Source: an uncultured Nitrospinota bacterium
GTDB taxonomy: Bacteria; Tectomicrobia; Entotheonellia; J063; CAVPRW01
Assembly: GCA_963707985.1 (NCBI GenBank)
Contig: CAVPRW010000010.1
Location: 256,001 to 320,000, forward strand
Length of the DNA: 64,000 bases
Reading direction: 5' to 3'
The notes below the pieces were generated by a model that saw nothing but the letters and a program-made list of their open reading frames with translations, was not told where the DNA came from and ran no database searches. Every line of letters begins with the position of its first letter. Position 1 is the first letter of the stretch. This document shows positions 50,716-60,747 of the stretch, in pieces. The position numbers were made by a program, and so were the translations under genes.

Positions 50716-51801
50716 TCAGCCGAACGTGAACGCAAAAGCCTCCACGCCCGAATCGAGAAACTCGATCTCGAACTGTCGATCAGCGATGGGCTTCGGTTGT
50801 CGGATCAGCTGATACAGCCGCTGTTCGGTAACCGTGCCGTTGCCTTGGTCGTCAACGTCAATGCCGTGAGCAGCGCCCGGCGGCTGTCCATCGATGAGCA
50901 CGCGAAATCGCACGGAAGTTCCTCGCGCTGCCGGTCCCATGACGAGATGAAGATCGCGGGCGTGAAAGCGGTACGCGATCCGCCCGTTGGCCTTGTTCAG
51001 CACAGTGGCCTGTTTCTTCACCGTCCAATCACCCGAAAGGGCCCAATGATTGAGTCTCAACCGCGCGGGGGCAGCATAGACGCGACGCTTGTCCAATACT
51101 GCACCACCGGGAGACGCAAAGTTCTCGGTGCGCTCATAGCCGACATAGTTTTCCGGAGACTTCAAGCTGCCCCAATCGGCGGCAGCTTCCGCACCACGGG
51201 CATCGACCGAAACCAGTTCATGACCGATGCCGCCGATTCCGGCCTCGGCCAGCAATTGTTGAATAATCCTTTCCGACTGTTCGTATTCGCCCTCGCCGAA
51301 TTGATGATGTCGAATATGCCCCTGCGCATCGACGAAATAGAGGGCCGGCCAATATTCGTTCTTGAAAGCACGCCATATCGCATGGTCGTTATCGATCGCG
51401 ATCGGATAATCGACCCTCATGTCCTTCGCGGCTCGGCGAACGTTATCGACGTTTTTCTCAAATGCGAACTCAGGCGCGTGCACGCCGATCACCACCAATC
51501 CTTGATCCTTGTATTTCTCGGCCCACGCGCGGACATAGGGAAGTGAGCGTAGCCAATTGATGCAGGTATAGGTCCAGAAGTCGATGAGGACGACTTTTCC
51601 GCGCAGGCCGGCCGCCGTCAATGGCTGCGAATTGAGCCACTCGGTCGCGCTGCCGAGAGAAGGCAACTCACCTTCAATGGGTAATTGAACCGCTGCGGGC
51701 GTCATCTGCTGCACCACGCTTTTGTCCTCGGCTAAGGTCTCGATCGGAGCCCCGATTGCGCTGGCGAGTATCGCGGCGAGCAAGAGCTGGTTTGCTTTCA
51801 T
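50716..51801 (-). CDS. DipZ-like redoxin with C-terminal beta domain
   Basis: LRGKVVLIDFWTYTCINW, GVHAPEFAFE, WPALYFVD, EQRLYQLIRQ, AFAFTFG. Confidence 0.9.
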   Translation of the reverse strand: MKANQLLLAAILASAIGAPIETLAEDKSVVQQMTPAAVQLPIEGELPSLGSATEWLNSQPLTAAGLRGKVVLIDFWTYTCINWLRSLPYVRAWAEKYKDQGLVVIGVHAPEFAFEKNVDNVRRAAKDMRVDYPIAIDNDHAIWRAFKNEYWPALYFVDAQGHIRHHQFGEGEYEQSERIIQQLLAEAGIGGIGHELVSVDARGAEAAADWGSLKSPENYVGYERTENFASPGGAVLDKRRVYAAPARLRLNHWALSGDWTVKKQATVLNKANGRIAYRFHARDLHLVMGPAARGTSVRFRVLIDGQPPGAAHGIDVDDQGNGTVTEQRLYQLIRQPKPIADRQFEIEFLDSGVEAFAFTFG

Positions 51802-51839
51802 GATGGATGCCTTCCATATGGTTGGATGTGTCGACAATG

Positions 51840-52049
51840 TGCGTATCCACCATTCAGGACGCCGGCATCGATCTCCTTCAATGCGCCGAATGACGTCTGC
51901 GTCCCCGGCTTCATCGTGGTCGCATCTGCTGGGTTTATCCGGCTGAAGTGTGCGCCCGCAGCACCGATCATGACGGGCTCGGCGGCAGCGATGGTCTTGA
52001 CTGCAGTGCCTAAAAAGCGGCGGCCATCATGGTTGATGTTTGCGGACAT
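51840..52049 (-). pseudogene. second, shorter copy of the hydrolase 5' end
   Basis: MSANINHDGRRFLG..DATTMKPGTQTSFGALKEIDAGVLN; direct repeat of about 50459-50685. Confidence 0.85.
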
Positions 52050-52224
52050 TGATCTCTCTCCACTTGGAAATAGCCTGCCCGATAAACACGGCCAGGCCAC
52101 ATCCGTAACAGGTCCGGCGTGAACCAGGTTGATCGCACATCGATGTTGCCGCGTGTGGCGTGGGAATGCGCGCACGCGTTGTGCGCGCCGCCCACCTGGC
52201 TCCAATTAGCGCAGCGATCTGAAC

Positions 52225-52395
52225 GGCATTGTCAAGTTAACGGGCAGAGCGGTACCAGAATGGGGTTAAGTGGGACGTCGAGGTCATTTCGAGGCCATTT
52301 TTTACCCCCAAGTGGGACGTCAGCAGTTCAGAACCGAAGGAAATACCCGCTGAGTGGGAGTGGTTTTTGCGCTCAGCGGTTAACTTGACAATGCC
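52225..52395. mobile_element. 171-bp MITE with 17-bp perfect terminal inverted repeats
   Basis: GGCATTGTCAAGTTAAC (52225-52241) / GTTAACTTGACAATGCC (52379-52395); no ORF. Confidence 0.8.
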
Positions 52396-52562
52396 GCCAA
52401 GAGGCATTGTCCCAAAGGACCAACAGCGCCTCCCTTCTGCTGCAGGGAGCTCTGCGACCTAGAAACATTCCTGTACCCTTATGCCCGCCCTCTGCGACGA
52501 TTAGCAATGGATGCGTTGAACGTTAACTGCATTGGTCTGGACAGGATGGACGGATTCGTCGC

Positions 52563-52590
52563 TTGACAGCCATTGGCTCGAACCTATAAT
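52563..52590 (+). promoter_or_regulatory. consensus sigma70 promoter
   Basis: TTGACA, 16-nt spacer, TATAAT. Confidence 0.7.
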
Positions 52591-52760
52591 AGCGCCAATT
52601 CCAACAGGCTCATATACATGCGCTCATACGTGGCCGAGATGACGTGCTGATGTCACCGCTTCCGAGGATCTTTCGCGGTCCGCTGGCCCTCGTGCCAAGG
52701 AAATGGACCAGGTCAACAACGCACGCTCATTCGCGCAGAACTGCCAGAGGAGGATATATC

Positions 52761-53795
52761 ATGAAGGCACTCGTCCTGAAGGATCTAGGCGGACCACTCG
52801 TACTTGAAGACGTACCTATGCCTCAGCCGGGCCCGGGTGAGGTTCTGGTACGCGTCCGCGCCTGCGGGCTCGGCCTGACCCTGGTATGGAACCGCAACGG
52901 CCGCGGTGGCGCAGGTGGCAAGCTGCCTCGCATCATCGGACACGAAGTCGCTGGCGATGTGACTGAAGTCGGGCCATACGTGGATGGCTTCAAGTCTGGG
53001 GACCGGGTGAATGTGTACTATTATTTGATCTGTGGCAACTGCCGTTGGTGCGATCGGGGGCGTGACGATTTGTGTGAGCATCAAGCCGGTGTGGTCGGTC
53101 GACAGATAGACGGCGGTCTCGCCGAATACGTCAAGCTGCCGGCACGCAATCTCTGCCCTCTCCCACCGGCGATCAGCTATGTCGATGCGGCGGTCACCGC
53201 CGACGCAATTGCCACTCCGGTCCATGTCCTGTTGGAGCGCGCACGACTGCGGGCTCCAGACACGGTGCTGGTGGTCGGGGCTGGCGGCGGTGTGGGCATC
53301 CATATGGTGCAGATGGCGAAGCTGCTGGGGGCGTCGCAGGTGATTGCGGTGGACATCAATGCCGAAAAACTTGCCCTGGCCAAGCAGAACGGCGCGGATG
53401 CCGTCATTAATTCACTCGAGGTCAGCTTTGATGCCGAAGTATTGCGGTTGACCGAGGGACATGGGGTGGATGTCGTGGTCGAGATGGTGGGGGTGAGTGA
53501 CACCCTGGAGCGGAGCCTGCGCAGTTTGGGCAAAGGCGGGCGCCTGGTGTGGGTGGGGACATACGACGGCAAGGCAATGCTGCCGGTGACGCAAGAGGCG
53601 TTACGGGGGGAGTGTCTTCTTATGGGGACGCGATATTGCGCACGGCATGAGTTGGCCGAGGCGGTCGAACTGGTGGCGCGGGGACGCATCCGTCCGACAG
53701 TCACTCGCATCTGTCAGCTCGAAGAGGCCGACGCCGTATTGCGGAGTATCGAGCGCATGGAACTGGCCGGGCGGGCCTGTGTTGTACTGCCTTGA
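52761..53795 (+). CDS. MDR / zinc-binding alcohol dehydrogenase family
   Basis: IIGHEVAG, CGNCRWC..C structural Zn site, VGAGGGVG; GAGGAGG RBS. Confidence 0.92.
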   Translation: MKALVLKDLGGPLVLEDVPMPQPGPGEVLVRVRACGLGLTLVWNRNGRGGAGGKLPRIIGHEVAGDVTEVGPYVDGFKSGDRVNVYYYLICGNCRWCDRGRDDLCEHQAGVVGRQIDGGLAEYVKLPARNLCPLPPAISYVDAAVTADAIATPVHVLLERARLRAPDTVLVVGAGGGVGIHMVQMAKLLGASQVIAVDINAEKLALAKQNGADAVINSLEVSFDAEVLRLTEGHGVDVVVEMVGVSDTLERSLRSLGKGGRLVWVGTYDGKAMLPVTQEALRGECLLMGTRYCARHELAEAVELVARGRIRPTVTRICQLEEADAVLRSIERMELAGRACVVLP

Positions 53796-54087
53796 GGTGA
53801 GCTGCGCTAAGGTCAAGCCCATCTTTGTATGGACTACACGCAGGCTAAGACGGTAAGGGCTGCCTCCGCGCATTAGGAAGTCCACCTAGAATGTGGGGGA
53901 GTTGTTTTTTTGCATACTTCCGTCCTCGTGTTATCCTCCAATCGCACTATCATGGAGTTGCTCCCACCCGAATGGCTACCTCAAATTTGGGCTCCCGTGG
54001 GGCCGTGGAAATCCAGGGTAGGTATCAGAGAGCCGTTCCCCTCAGGCGATACTTCCTCAGAGAATCATCCCGACAGAAAGATGAACC

Positions 54088-55224
54088 ATGATCGAGAGAT
54101 GGAAACCGTTCGAGACTCGGCTATTTGAAACGCACCCTCAACTCCTGTTTTGGCTATGGTCTGTCTTCATCTATCTGACCGGACAACTTCTCTTGCATTG
54201 GTTTGCTAGAGTCTCCGGATATCCAGCTAAGACTCTGCCGGAGATAATCGTTCAGGTGAGCTATCTCGATGTTGGCTGGTATCTCGATATTGCGAAGAAG
54301 GGGTACTGGATTGATCCCACGAGGTTAGGTCAATCGGTCGTATTCTTTCCACTGTTTCCTTTGCTCATTCGTGGCGCGCATGAATTGACCTCAATGGGTT
54401 TTGAGCTGTCTGCTCTCGTCGTGCAAAAGCTCTCCGCCGTTACGATGTTCGCAGCTCTGGTCTGGTGGGTACGGAGTTTCACACCGCTTCCACATTTCTC
54501 CGTGGTAACTCTCTCCGCGGTATTTCTCACCTTCCATCCAGCTGCCATTTTCCTTTCTGTGCCCTACACAGAGGCACTCTTCCTGTCTATGGCATTCCTG
54601 TTGGCTGGTTTGCTAGAACGGGCACCTCGTCAAAGCACTCCGTGGATAGCATACCTATGCGCTCTGGGTATGGGACTCACGCGGCCAGGCGGTCTCTTTC
54701 TCCTACCATGTGGAGCCGTGATGCTAGTGCTCGCATGGAAACAACCCGCGCAGCGGAATGTCGCATTAACCTTAATCGCTGGGGTGTCAGTGGCCATTAT
54801 GATCCTCACTGTCACCTCTCACTATTATGTCGGTGAGCCTTTTGCCTTTTACATGAGGCGATATGAAGGATGGAAGGAAGTCCCGTCACTTAGCAATATC
54901 CTCCGGCTCATTCATTTGCCAATTGGCGGGAGACATATGGGGCGTTACTTGGTCATTTATGCCCACTTGGCTGGGTGCGTCCTCCTCTGGCGTAGCGAGC
55001 AGAGGATTATAGGGCTCTTTTGCTTACTGCTCATCCTGCTACCTGTCTACATGGGTAAGCATGGCGATATGGTTCGCTACTGTCTGAGCGCTTCTCCAGC
55101 ATGGATCCTCTTTGTCCTCTATACGGCGCGATGGCCATGGGCAATTGGCATGCTGGGTATATTCAGCGGTCTATACGCGTTCCATCTGCTTATCCTCTGG
55201 CTACAGCGCGGTTGGGTGGGGTAG
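54088..55224 (+). CDS. GT-C membrane glycosyltransferase (PIG-V/mannosyltransferase-like)
   Basis: LDVGWYLDIAKKGY, FFPLFPLLIR, PYTEALFL, LTRPGG; many TM helices. Confidence 0.8.
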   Translation: MIERWKPFETRLFETHPQLLFWLWSVFIYLTGQLLLHWFARVSGYPAKTLPEIIVQVSYLDVGWYLDIAKKGYWIDPTRLGQSVVFFPLFPLLIRGAHELTSMGFELSALVVQKLSAVTMFAALVWWVRSFTPLPHFSVVTLSAVFLTFHPAAIFLSVPYTEALFLSMAFLLAGLLERAPRQSTPWIAYLCALGMGLTRPGGLFLLPCGAVMLVLAWKQPAQRNVALTLIAGVSVAIMILTVTSHYYVGEPFAFYMRRYEGWKEVPSLSNILRLIHLPIGGRHMGRYLVIYAHLAGCVLLWRSEQRIIGLFCLLLILLPVYMGKHGDMVRYCLSASPAWILFVLYTARWPWAIGMLGIFSGLYAFHLLILWLQRGWVG

Positions 55225-55374
55225 AGTAAGGGTCTCATGCCCTCTAAGATATACGCCACATGAGCTACTGCAGCGAGACTTCCGCGCCAGCCGACATCTG
55301 CAAGCTGCTCTCTGCGAGAGGGCGGGGGTGAGGCGTGAAACCTCACCGCCCGATGTTCCATAGGGAGTCGATTG

Positions 55375-55719
55375 CTACCCCCCCATATACTGTCCAAACA
55401 ACAGAATACGATCGCCATCTTTGAGCTCGCTATCCAAGCCGTGGCGGACGCCCAGGATGGCACCATTGACCACGACCTCGATATGCTCACCCAGCTCACC
55501 AGATGCGGTGTCCCAGAGTGCGCGCTGGAGCTCCGGAAAGCGTTGGCTCAAACGTCGAAGCACGGTGCGGACGGTGTCGCGGGGTTCCAGAGTCGCATCA
55601 AAGCCAATCCGATCGCTGCCGCTACCTCCGACATAACGCGTGACCCAGGCCACTGTGTCGATCTGCACATGAGCTTCTTCATGCGCCAGGGTTATATCTT
55701 GATTTACCTCAGACGGCAC
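55375..55719 (-). CDS. MoaD/ThiS-family sulfur carrier
   Basis: VVVNG..LKDGDRI..YMGG* (C-terminal GG). Confidence 0.85.
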   Translation of the reverse strand: MPSEVNQDITLAHEEAHVQIDTVAWVTRYVGGSGSDRIGFDATLEPRDTVRTVLRRLSQRFPELQRALWDTASGELGEHIEVVVNGAILGVRHGLDSELKDGDRILLFGQYMGG

Positions 55720-57608
55720 GGCCTGCCACCTCTTCCCCCCACAACTGCGGGATCAAATGCTCCAAGCCCAGTTCGCGGAGCAAATCGGGTTTTGGCAACC
55801 CGGTCTTGCGGTCGTACCGAACCGTCTCGTACCAGACGTCCAGCATGTGTTCCCAGTGGGGCTCAATGGCAATTCCCGCTGCTGGGCCGTCCACCGGCAC
55901 CGAGCCATAGCGCTTGGAGGGCTTTTCCAGCCCGGGGCCAATGCCACAACGAATGTTAAAGGCTCGTAGCAATGCTGACGTCCGCCGACCAAAGCGCAGG
56001 GCCTCTTCCAGCGTATAGTCCCAGCCACTGGCCGCATTGACCGCCCGGCAGAGATTCTCGATGGTCGTGCGTGTGGTGAAAATACAGGCCCCCAGGGAAT
56101 CCTCAAAATGGCGACGCCCTTGTAACGACCCGACCAATTTGGCCACAGCATCCGGGTCGAAGGGATTAATGCGCGCCGGCAACCCCATCTCCTGCGGCTT
56201 CACCGCGGCACCCGACTCCAACGTGCCAGTACTGCCAGTACACGTGTCGAGCATTTCCTCCCAGCGCGCCCGATGGTCATGGCCCCGTGGTGTTGACCCC
56301 TTCATCGTATAGATGGCACAGTCGGCCGCTGGCCCACCCAAACGCTCCGAGGCACGCTTGACCCCCTCGGCCAGGAGATCGCCAAGGTGTTGCCGTTGGG
56401 CAATCAGTTGCAACAATTGGTTGGCGGCTTCTGCATCGCCCCAGCGCACCTCTAGCCCGCCCAATTGCTCTTTGGTGATGTATCCCTTCTCCATACATTC
56501 CATCACCCAGCCGATCAACCAGCCGAATTCATTGACATCCACGCCAGCCCGATCGATCTGCGTATTCAACCAGGAGGCAGCTACCCGATCGGTCAGTCCG
56601 ATGGCCCAGCCGGCGCCTGACCAGCCCTCGTACTCCGGCTCATCGACGATCTTGCCCTGATGGGGACCGGAGGGCAGAATTTGCATATGGCAGTGGTGCA
56701 TGCCGCAGGCACTGCATTGGTGCCCACGATGATCGAAGCCGTTACGCAGGGCCGGGGCCTCCCAAAGCGACATGTCCGTCCCTTCGGGTTTTTCATTGGT
56801 GGTGTAATTCTTGATGGGCAGCGCACCCAAGCCGAGCAGGTTGACCACTCCCGGCAGGGTACCATATTCATAGAGTGAGCGCGTCGACGGATCGGTCTTC
56901 AGGTCATAGGCGATCTCGTCCGCGGCCTGGTATAGGCCTCGTACGTCCGCCGCTCGTATCCCGCGTGAGCCACGAACAATGCACACGGCCTTGACCTGTT
57001 TCTTGCCCATCACCGCCCCGCAGCCGTTCTTGCTGGCGACATGTCCATAATCGCCGGCGATCACGGCAAAGCGGACCAGCCTCTCGCCGGCCGGACCGAT
57101 GCCATAGACGCTCATCTGGTGACCGCTCAGGCCATGTTCGGCATTGAGAGCATCCTGCATCTCCCAGGTATCCTTGCCCAACAGCGGCATGGCATCGCGC
57201 AGCTCGACCCGATCATCTTTAATGTAGAGATATACCCAGCGGCTGGCCTGCCCCTGGAAGACGATGGCGTCATAGCCTGAATATTTGAGATTTGCTCCGA
57301 AGAAGCCGTTGGCCTGGGTGGAGGTCGCCCCATTGGTCATGGCACCACGCGTCACCACGGTCAGCCCACCGGTACCCCACACCGGCAAGCCGGCAAGCGG
57401 CCCAGTGGCCAGAATCAGACGATTGTCCGGGTGATCCCACTGACACGTCAGGCGGCACCTCCTCGTACAAGATCTTGGCCCCAAGGCCCACACCCCCCAG
57501 ATATTGACGATATTCCTCAGGGCTCAGGGGTTGGGTCCAGATCCGTTCATTGGTCAAATCGACACGCAAAATCTGACCGGCATAACCACCGGGTACACTG
57601 GTTTCCAC
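55709..57608 (-). CDS. aor: aldehyde:ferredoxin oxidoreductase family, catalytic subunit (frameshift near 57444)
   Basis: GYAGQILRVDLT, IGPAGE..VRFA, GCGAVMGKK, CSAC..HC, EPEYE, LAEGVKRAS, GHDHR. Confidence 0.92.
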
Positions 57609-57640
57609 GGACTTCTTCCTCCCTCCCTATGTAGGCCGCC

Positions 57641-58963
57641 TCAAACCGAGACACGCCCCGCCGGGATGGACGGGCGAGCCAGGATTTTTTGCGGCAGCAG
57701 CTGAGCCGTGGTGCGTGAGGCGAGGAACGCTTTCTTGATGTCAAATGGATTGCGGCTCAGGTATTCTTTCCACGGCCCCAGGCCTGAGCCGGATTGCACC
57801 AGTCCCTTCAGCATGCCGACGTCATTGGTGGTCCAGATGTCCGAGGAGACGCCGAGGATAATCGCTCCGATGAGGCGGTCTCCCTGCCACAAGAGCTTGC
57901 GATACGCCGGACGGTCGGGTTTCACGGCGCTCGACACGTCGGCCGTCGCACTGTCCCAGGCGCCGAAACTGGCGATCTCCAGGTCTGCCACATCGACGAT
58001 GTTCATCAGCAAACTGCCGCGATAGGCCAGCGGTTGCCCGGCCATGTTGGCGCCAACGATCCTGCCATGCTCCATAGCCGTGGGCTCGATGGCGTGGACG
58101 GCGTGCTCACCGGTGACGAAGTCGCGTCCTTCAGCGACATCTCCGGCGGCATAGACGTGGGGGACGCTCGAACGCAGATGATCATCAACCACCACGCCAC
58201 GGTTGACCTCGATCCCAGAGCCCGCCAGCCAGTCGAGATTGGTGCGAATCCCCGTCGCCATGATCACCAGGTCGGCCTCCAACTCACCGGATCCTTGGAA
58301 TCGCAGGCGTTTACGACCGTCCATGTCCTCGATGGCCTGCAATTGCACACCGGTTCGGACCTCAACTCCATGGCGCTTCATCCAATCCTCGACGATTTCC
58401 GCTCCGGTGCGATCGATCATACGCGGCAGGATCTGCGGCGCAATCTCGACGATGCTCAGTTTCGCCCCTAATTTGAGGATACTGTTGAGAATGGTAAAGG
58501 CAATGAACCCAGCTCCCACCATTACCACCTGCGTTCCTGCCGTGATACCGCTGAGGACGGCACGTGCCTGATCCAGCGTCCAGAAGCTATGGACCCCTGC
58601 CCCCTCGGCTCCAGGAACAGGAGCGCGCACGGCCGACGAACCGGTGGCGACGAGCAGGTCGTCGTACTCGATGGTCGTCCCATTATCCAGAGTCAACTGC
58701 TGCGCATTGGTATCGAGGCTTGCCGCGCGGCGACCCAGGTGAGGTGTCACTTTCAATTGCGCCAGGCGCGAGGAATTGGCCGTAAACACGTGCGCTTCGG
58801 AGATGTCGCGCGCCAGATAGTAGGGCAGCACCATCCGTGAGTATGGCCGTTCTGCCGACACCAGCACGACCTCCGAGGCGCCATGATCGATCTCTCGGAT
58901 GGTCGTGATGGCGTTCATCCCAGCCGTGCCCCCTCCCACAATGATATGTCGTTTCGACGCCAT
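57641..58963 (-). CDS. FAD/NAD(P)-dependent oxidoreductase
   Basis: IVGGGTAG, VATGS, VGAGFI, VYAAGDVAE. Confidence 0.92.
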   Translation of the reverse strand: MASKRHIIVGGGTAGMNAITTIREIDHGASEVVLVSAERPYSRMVLPYYLARDISEAHVFTANSSRLAQLKVTPHLGRRAASLDTNAQQLTLDNGTTIEYDDLLVATGSSAVRAPVPGAEGAGVHSFWTLDQARAVLSGITAGTQVVMVGAGFIAFTILNSILKLGAKLSIVEIAPQILPRMIDRTGAEIVEDWMKRHGVEVRTGVQLQAIEDMDGRKRLRFQGSGELEADLVIMATGIRTNLDWLAGSGIEVNRGVVVDDHLRSSVPHVYAAGDVAEGRDFVTGEHAVHAIEPTAMEHGRIVGANMAGQPLAYRGSLLMNIVDVADLEIASFGAWDSATADVSSAVKPDRPAYRKLLWQGDRLIGAIILGVSSDIWTTNDVGMLKGLVQSGSGLGPWKEYLSRNPFDIKKAFLASRTTAQLLPQKILARPSIPAGRVSV

Positions 58964-58971
58964 ACCGCCCC

Positions 58972-59451
58972 CTATCGTCCCGCGCCCAGTCCAACCAGGT
59001 CGGTTTGGGCCCGCAGCGCAGCGAAATCGCCTAGCCAATCCGCCGTCTCCGCCTCAACAAATTCGATAGCAGCCGTGGGACAGGCTTCTGCACAGGCAGG
59101 TTGGCCATCGCAGAGATTGCATTTGACCGCTTTGTGGGTTTCCGGGTTGTAGAAGATGGTACCATACGGACAGGCGATGGTGCAGAGCTTACAGCCGACG
59201 CACTGATCTTCCACCACGATTTTGGCTCCTGCCAGCGAGATCGTGATCGCCTCGACAGGGCACGCCGTCATGCACCATCCCTCATCACACTGCGTGCACG
59301 TATAGGGTGAAAAGCTTGTATTGGCCTCCAGGGGTGAGACGCGGATCACCGACTTGGACGGCTGAAAGCTGCCGGCTTGCATATAGGAACAGGCGAGTTC
59401 GCACCGCATACATCCAGTACATTTCTCCGGCACGATCCGCAAGACCTTCAT
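58972..59451 (-). CDS. 4x[4Fe-4S] electron-transfer protein
   Basis: CTGCMRCELAC, CTQC..CMTACP, CVGCKLCTIACP, KCNLC..CAEACP. Confidence 0.93.
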   Translation of the reverse strand: MKVLRIVPEKCTGCMRCELACSYMQAGSFQPSKSVIRVSPLEANTSFSPYTCTQCDEGWCMTACPVEAITISLAGAKIVVEDQCVGCKLCTIACPYGTIFYNPETHKAVKCNLCDGQPACAEACPTAAIEFVEAETADWLGDFAALRAQTDLVGLGAGR

Positions 59452-59560
59452 GTCTTCTCCTCGCAGGTTCAGACTGTCGTTTGCGCGCGCATGGGTGAAA
59501 CCCTCTCTGCTTGATCGATACATGTGCTCGAAATCACCTCTAATCGATCGGGGAGGTCGC

Positions 59561-59590
59561 ATCATACGAGAGCCATGGCAACATTGTCAA
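59561..59590 (-). promoter_or_regulatory. promoter of the AOR operon
   Basis: Minus strand TTGACA, 18-nt spacer, TATGAT; the imperfect palindrome CCATGGCAACATTGTCAATGG overlaps the -35. Confidence 0.55.
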
Positions 59591-59616
59591 TGGCAGAGCC
59601 ATGCCTGGTGAGCGCC

Positions 59617-60735
59617 TCATGGATCGTTCTCTTGCTCCCCGGCCCCCAACTTGGCTAGACGATCGTGGATGTATTGCATTTTCGTCACCAGAACCTGACG
59701 GTCGAAGGCACTCGTGGCCGCGCGGAGACTGCGACGGAGGCCATGGAGCTCTTCCTCGAGGAGGTCGGGGTCAGTCTGCCGATCGACGCTCACCCGGAAC
59801 GCTGGGGTCAAGAGCCGATCGTACTCGGGGCGCATCATGGCCGAACGTCCGTGACGCTCGCCACCGGCTGCACCGCCGCTAAGGCGTGCGTCTAAGGTCA
59901 GCATCTCCGACAGACCCATGGTTTCGAAGAGTTCCACCACATTGGTCATGCGGCCGAGAAGCGCCTCTGTTGTGCCATGCTGCTTGATCGCCCCCAATAT
60001 CTCATGCACCAAGGGCAATACAGCCAGCATGATGCTGCCGGGGAAAATCACCATCTTGAATCCCAGGCGCTGGAGCTCAGCCACTGGTAATAGGGGTGAC
60101 TTACCGTGCTCGACGAAATTGTAGAGGAGCGGCACGTCTACTTCACGGACCACGCGGTCGATTTCTTCGCGGGTGCGCACGGCCTCGACGAACAGCATAT
60201 CCGCGCCGGCCTCGGCATAGGCGTGACAGCGTCGTAGGGTGTCGTCGAGGCCGGTCACCGCCAGAGCGTCGGTGCGCGCAATCACCACGAAGTCCTCATC
60301 GATACGTGCGTCCACGGCGGCACGGAGCTTGATGACCATGTCCTCGCAAGAGATCACCTGCTTGCCGTCCAGGTGCCCGCACCGCTTGGGAAAAACCTGG
60401 TCCTCGAGGTGTAGGGCCGCGACGCCAGCCCTCTCATACTCTCGTACGGTACGGTAGACGTTGAGCGCCCCGCCATAGCCGGTATCAGCATCGGCGAGCA
60501 GCGGAATCGATACCGTTGCAGCGATGGCTGCCGCGTTTGCCACCATTTCGCTCAGCGTCGCGAAGCCCAGGTCAGGCTGGCCAAGTCGCGTCAGCGCCGT
60601 GCCCGCGCCAGTCATGTAGACCGCCGGAAATCCCTGGCGCTCGATAAGCTTGGCGGTCAGACAATCATAGGCTCCAGGGGCCACGATGATCCCCGGCTTG
60701 CTCAAGAGCTGGCGCAATTGTGCTGTGGCCTTCAT
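59617..60735 (-). CDS. isocitrate lyase/PEP mutase family (PrpB-like) with C-terminal extension
   Basis: PGAYD, DADTGYG, LEDQVFPKRCGH, IARTDA, GADMLFVEA. Confidence 0.9.
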   Translation of the reverse strand: MKATAQLRQLLSKPGIIVAPGAYDCLTAKLIERQGFPAVYMTGAGTALTRLGQPDLGFATLSEMVANAAAIAATVSIPLLADADTGYGGALNVYRTVREYERAGVAALHLEDQVFPKRCGHLDGKQVISCEDMVIKLRAAVDARIDEDFVVIARTDALAVTGLDDTLRRCHAYAEAGADMLFVEAVRTREEIDRVVREVDVPLLYNFVEHGKSPLLPVAELQRLGFKMVIFPGSIMLAVLPLVHEILGAIKQHGTTEALLGRMTNVVELFETMGLSEMLTLDARLSGGAAGGERHGRSAMMRPEYDRLLTPAFRVSVDRQTDPDLLEEELHGLRRSLRAATSAFDRQVLVTKMQYIHDRLAKLGAGEQENDP

Positions 60736-60747
60736 GGCTGCGGTCTC

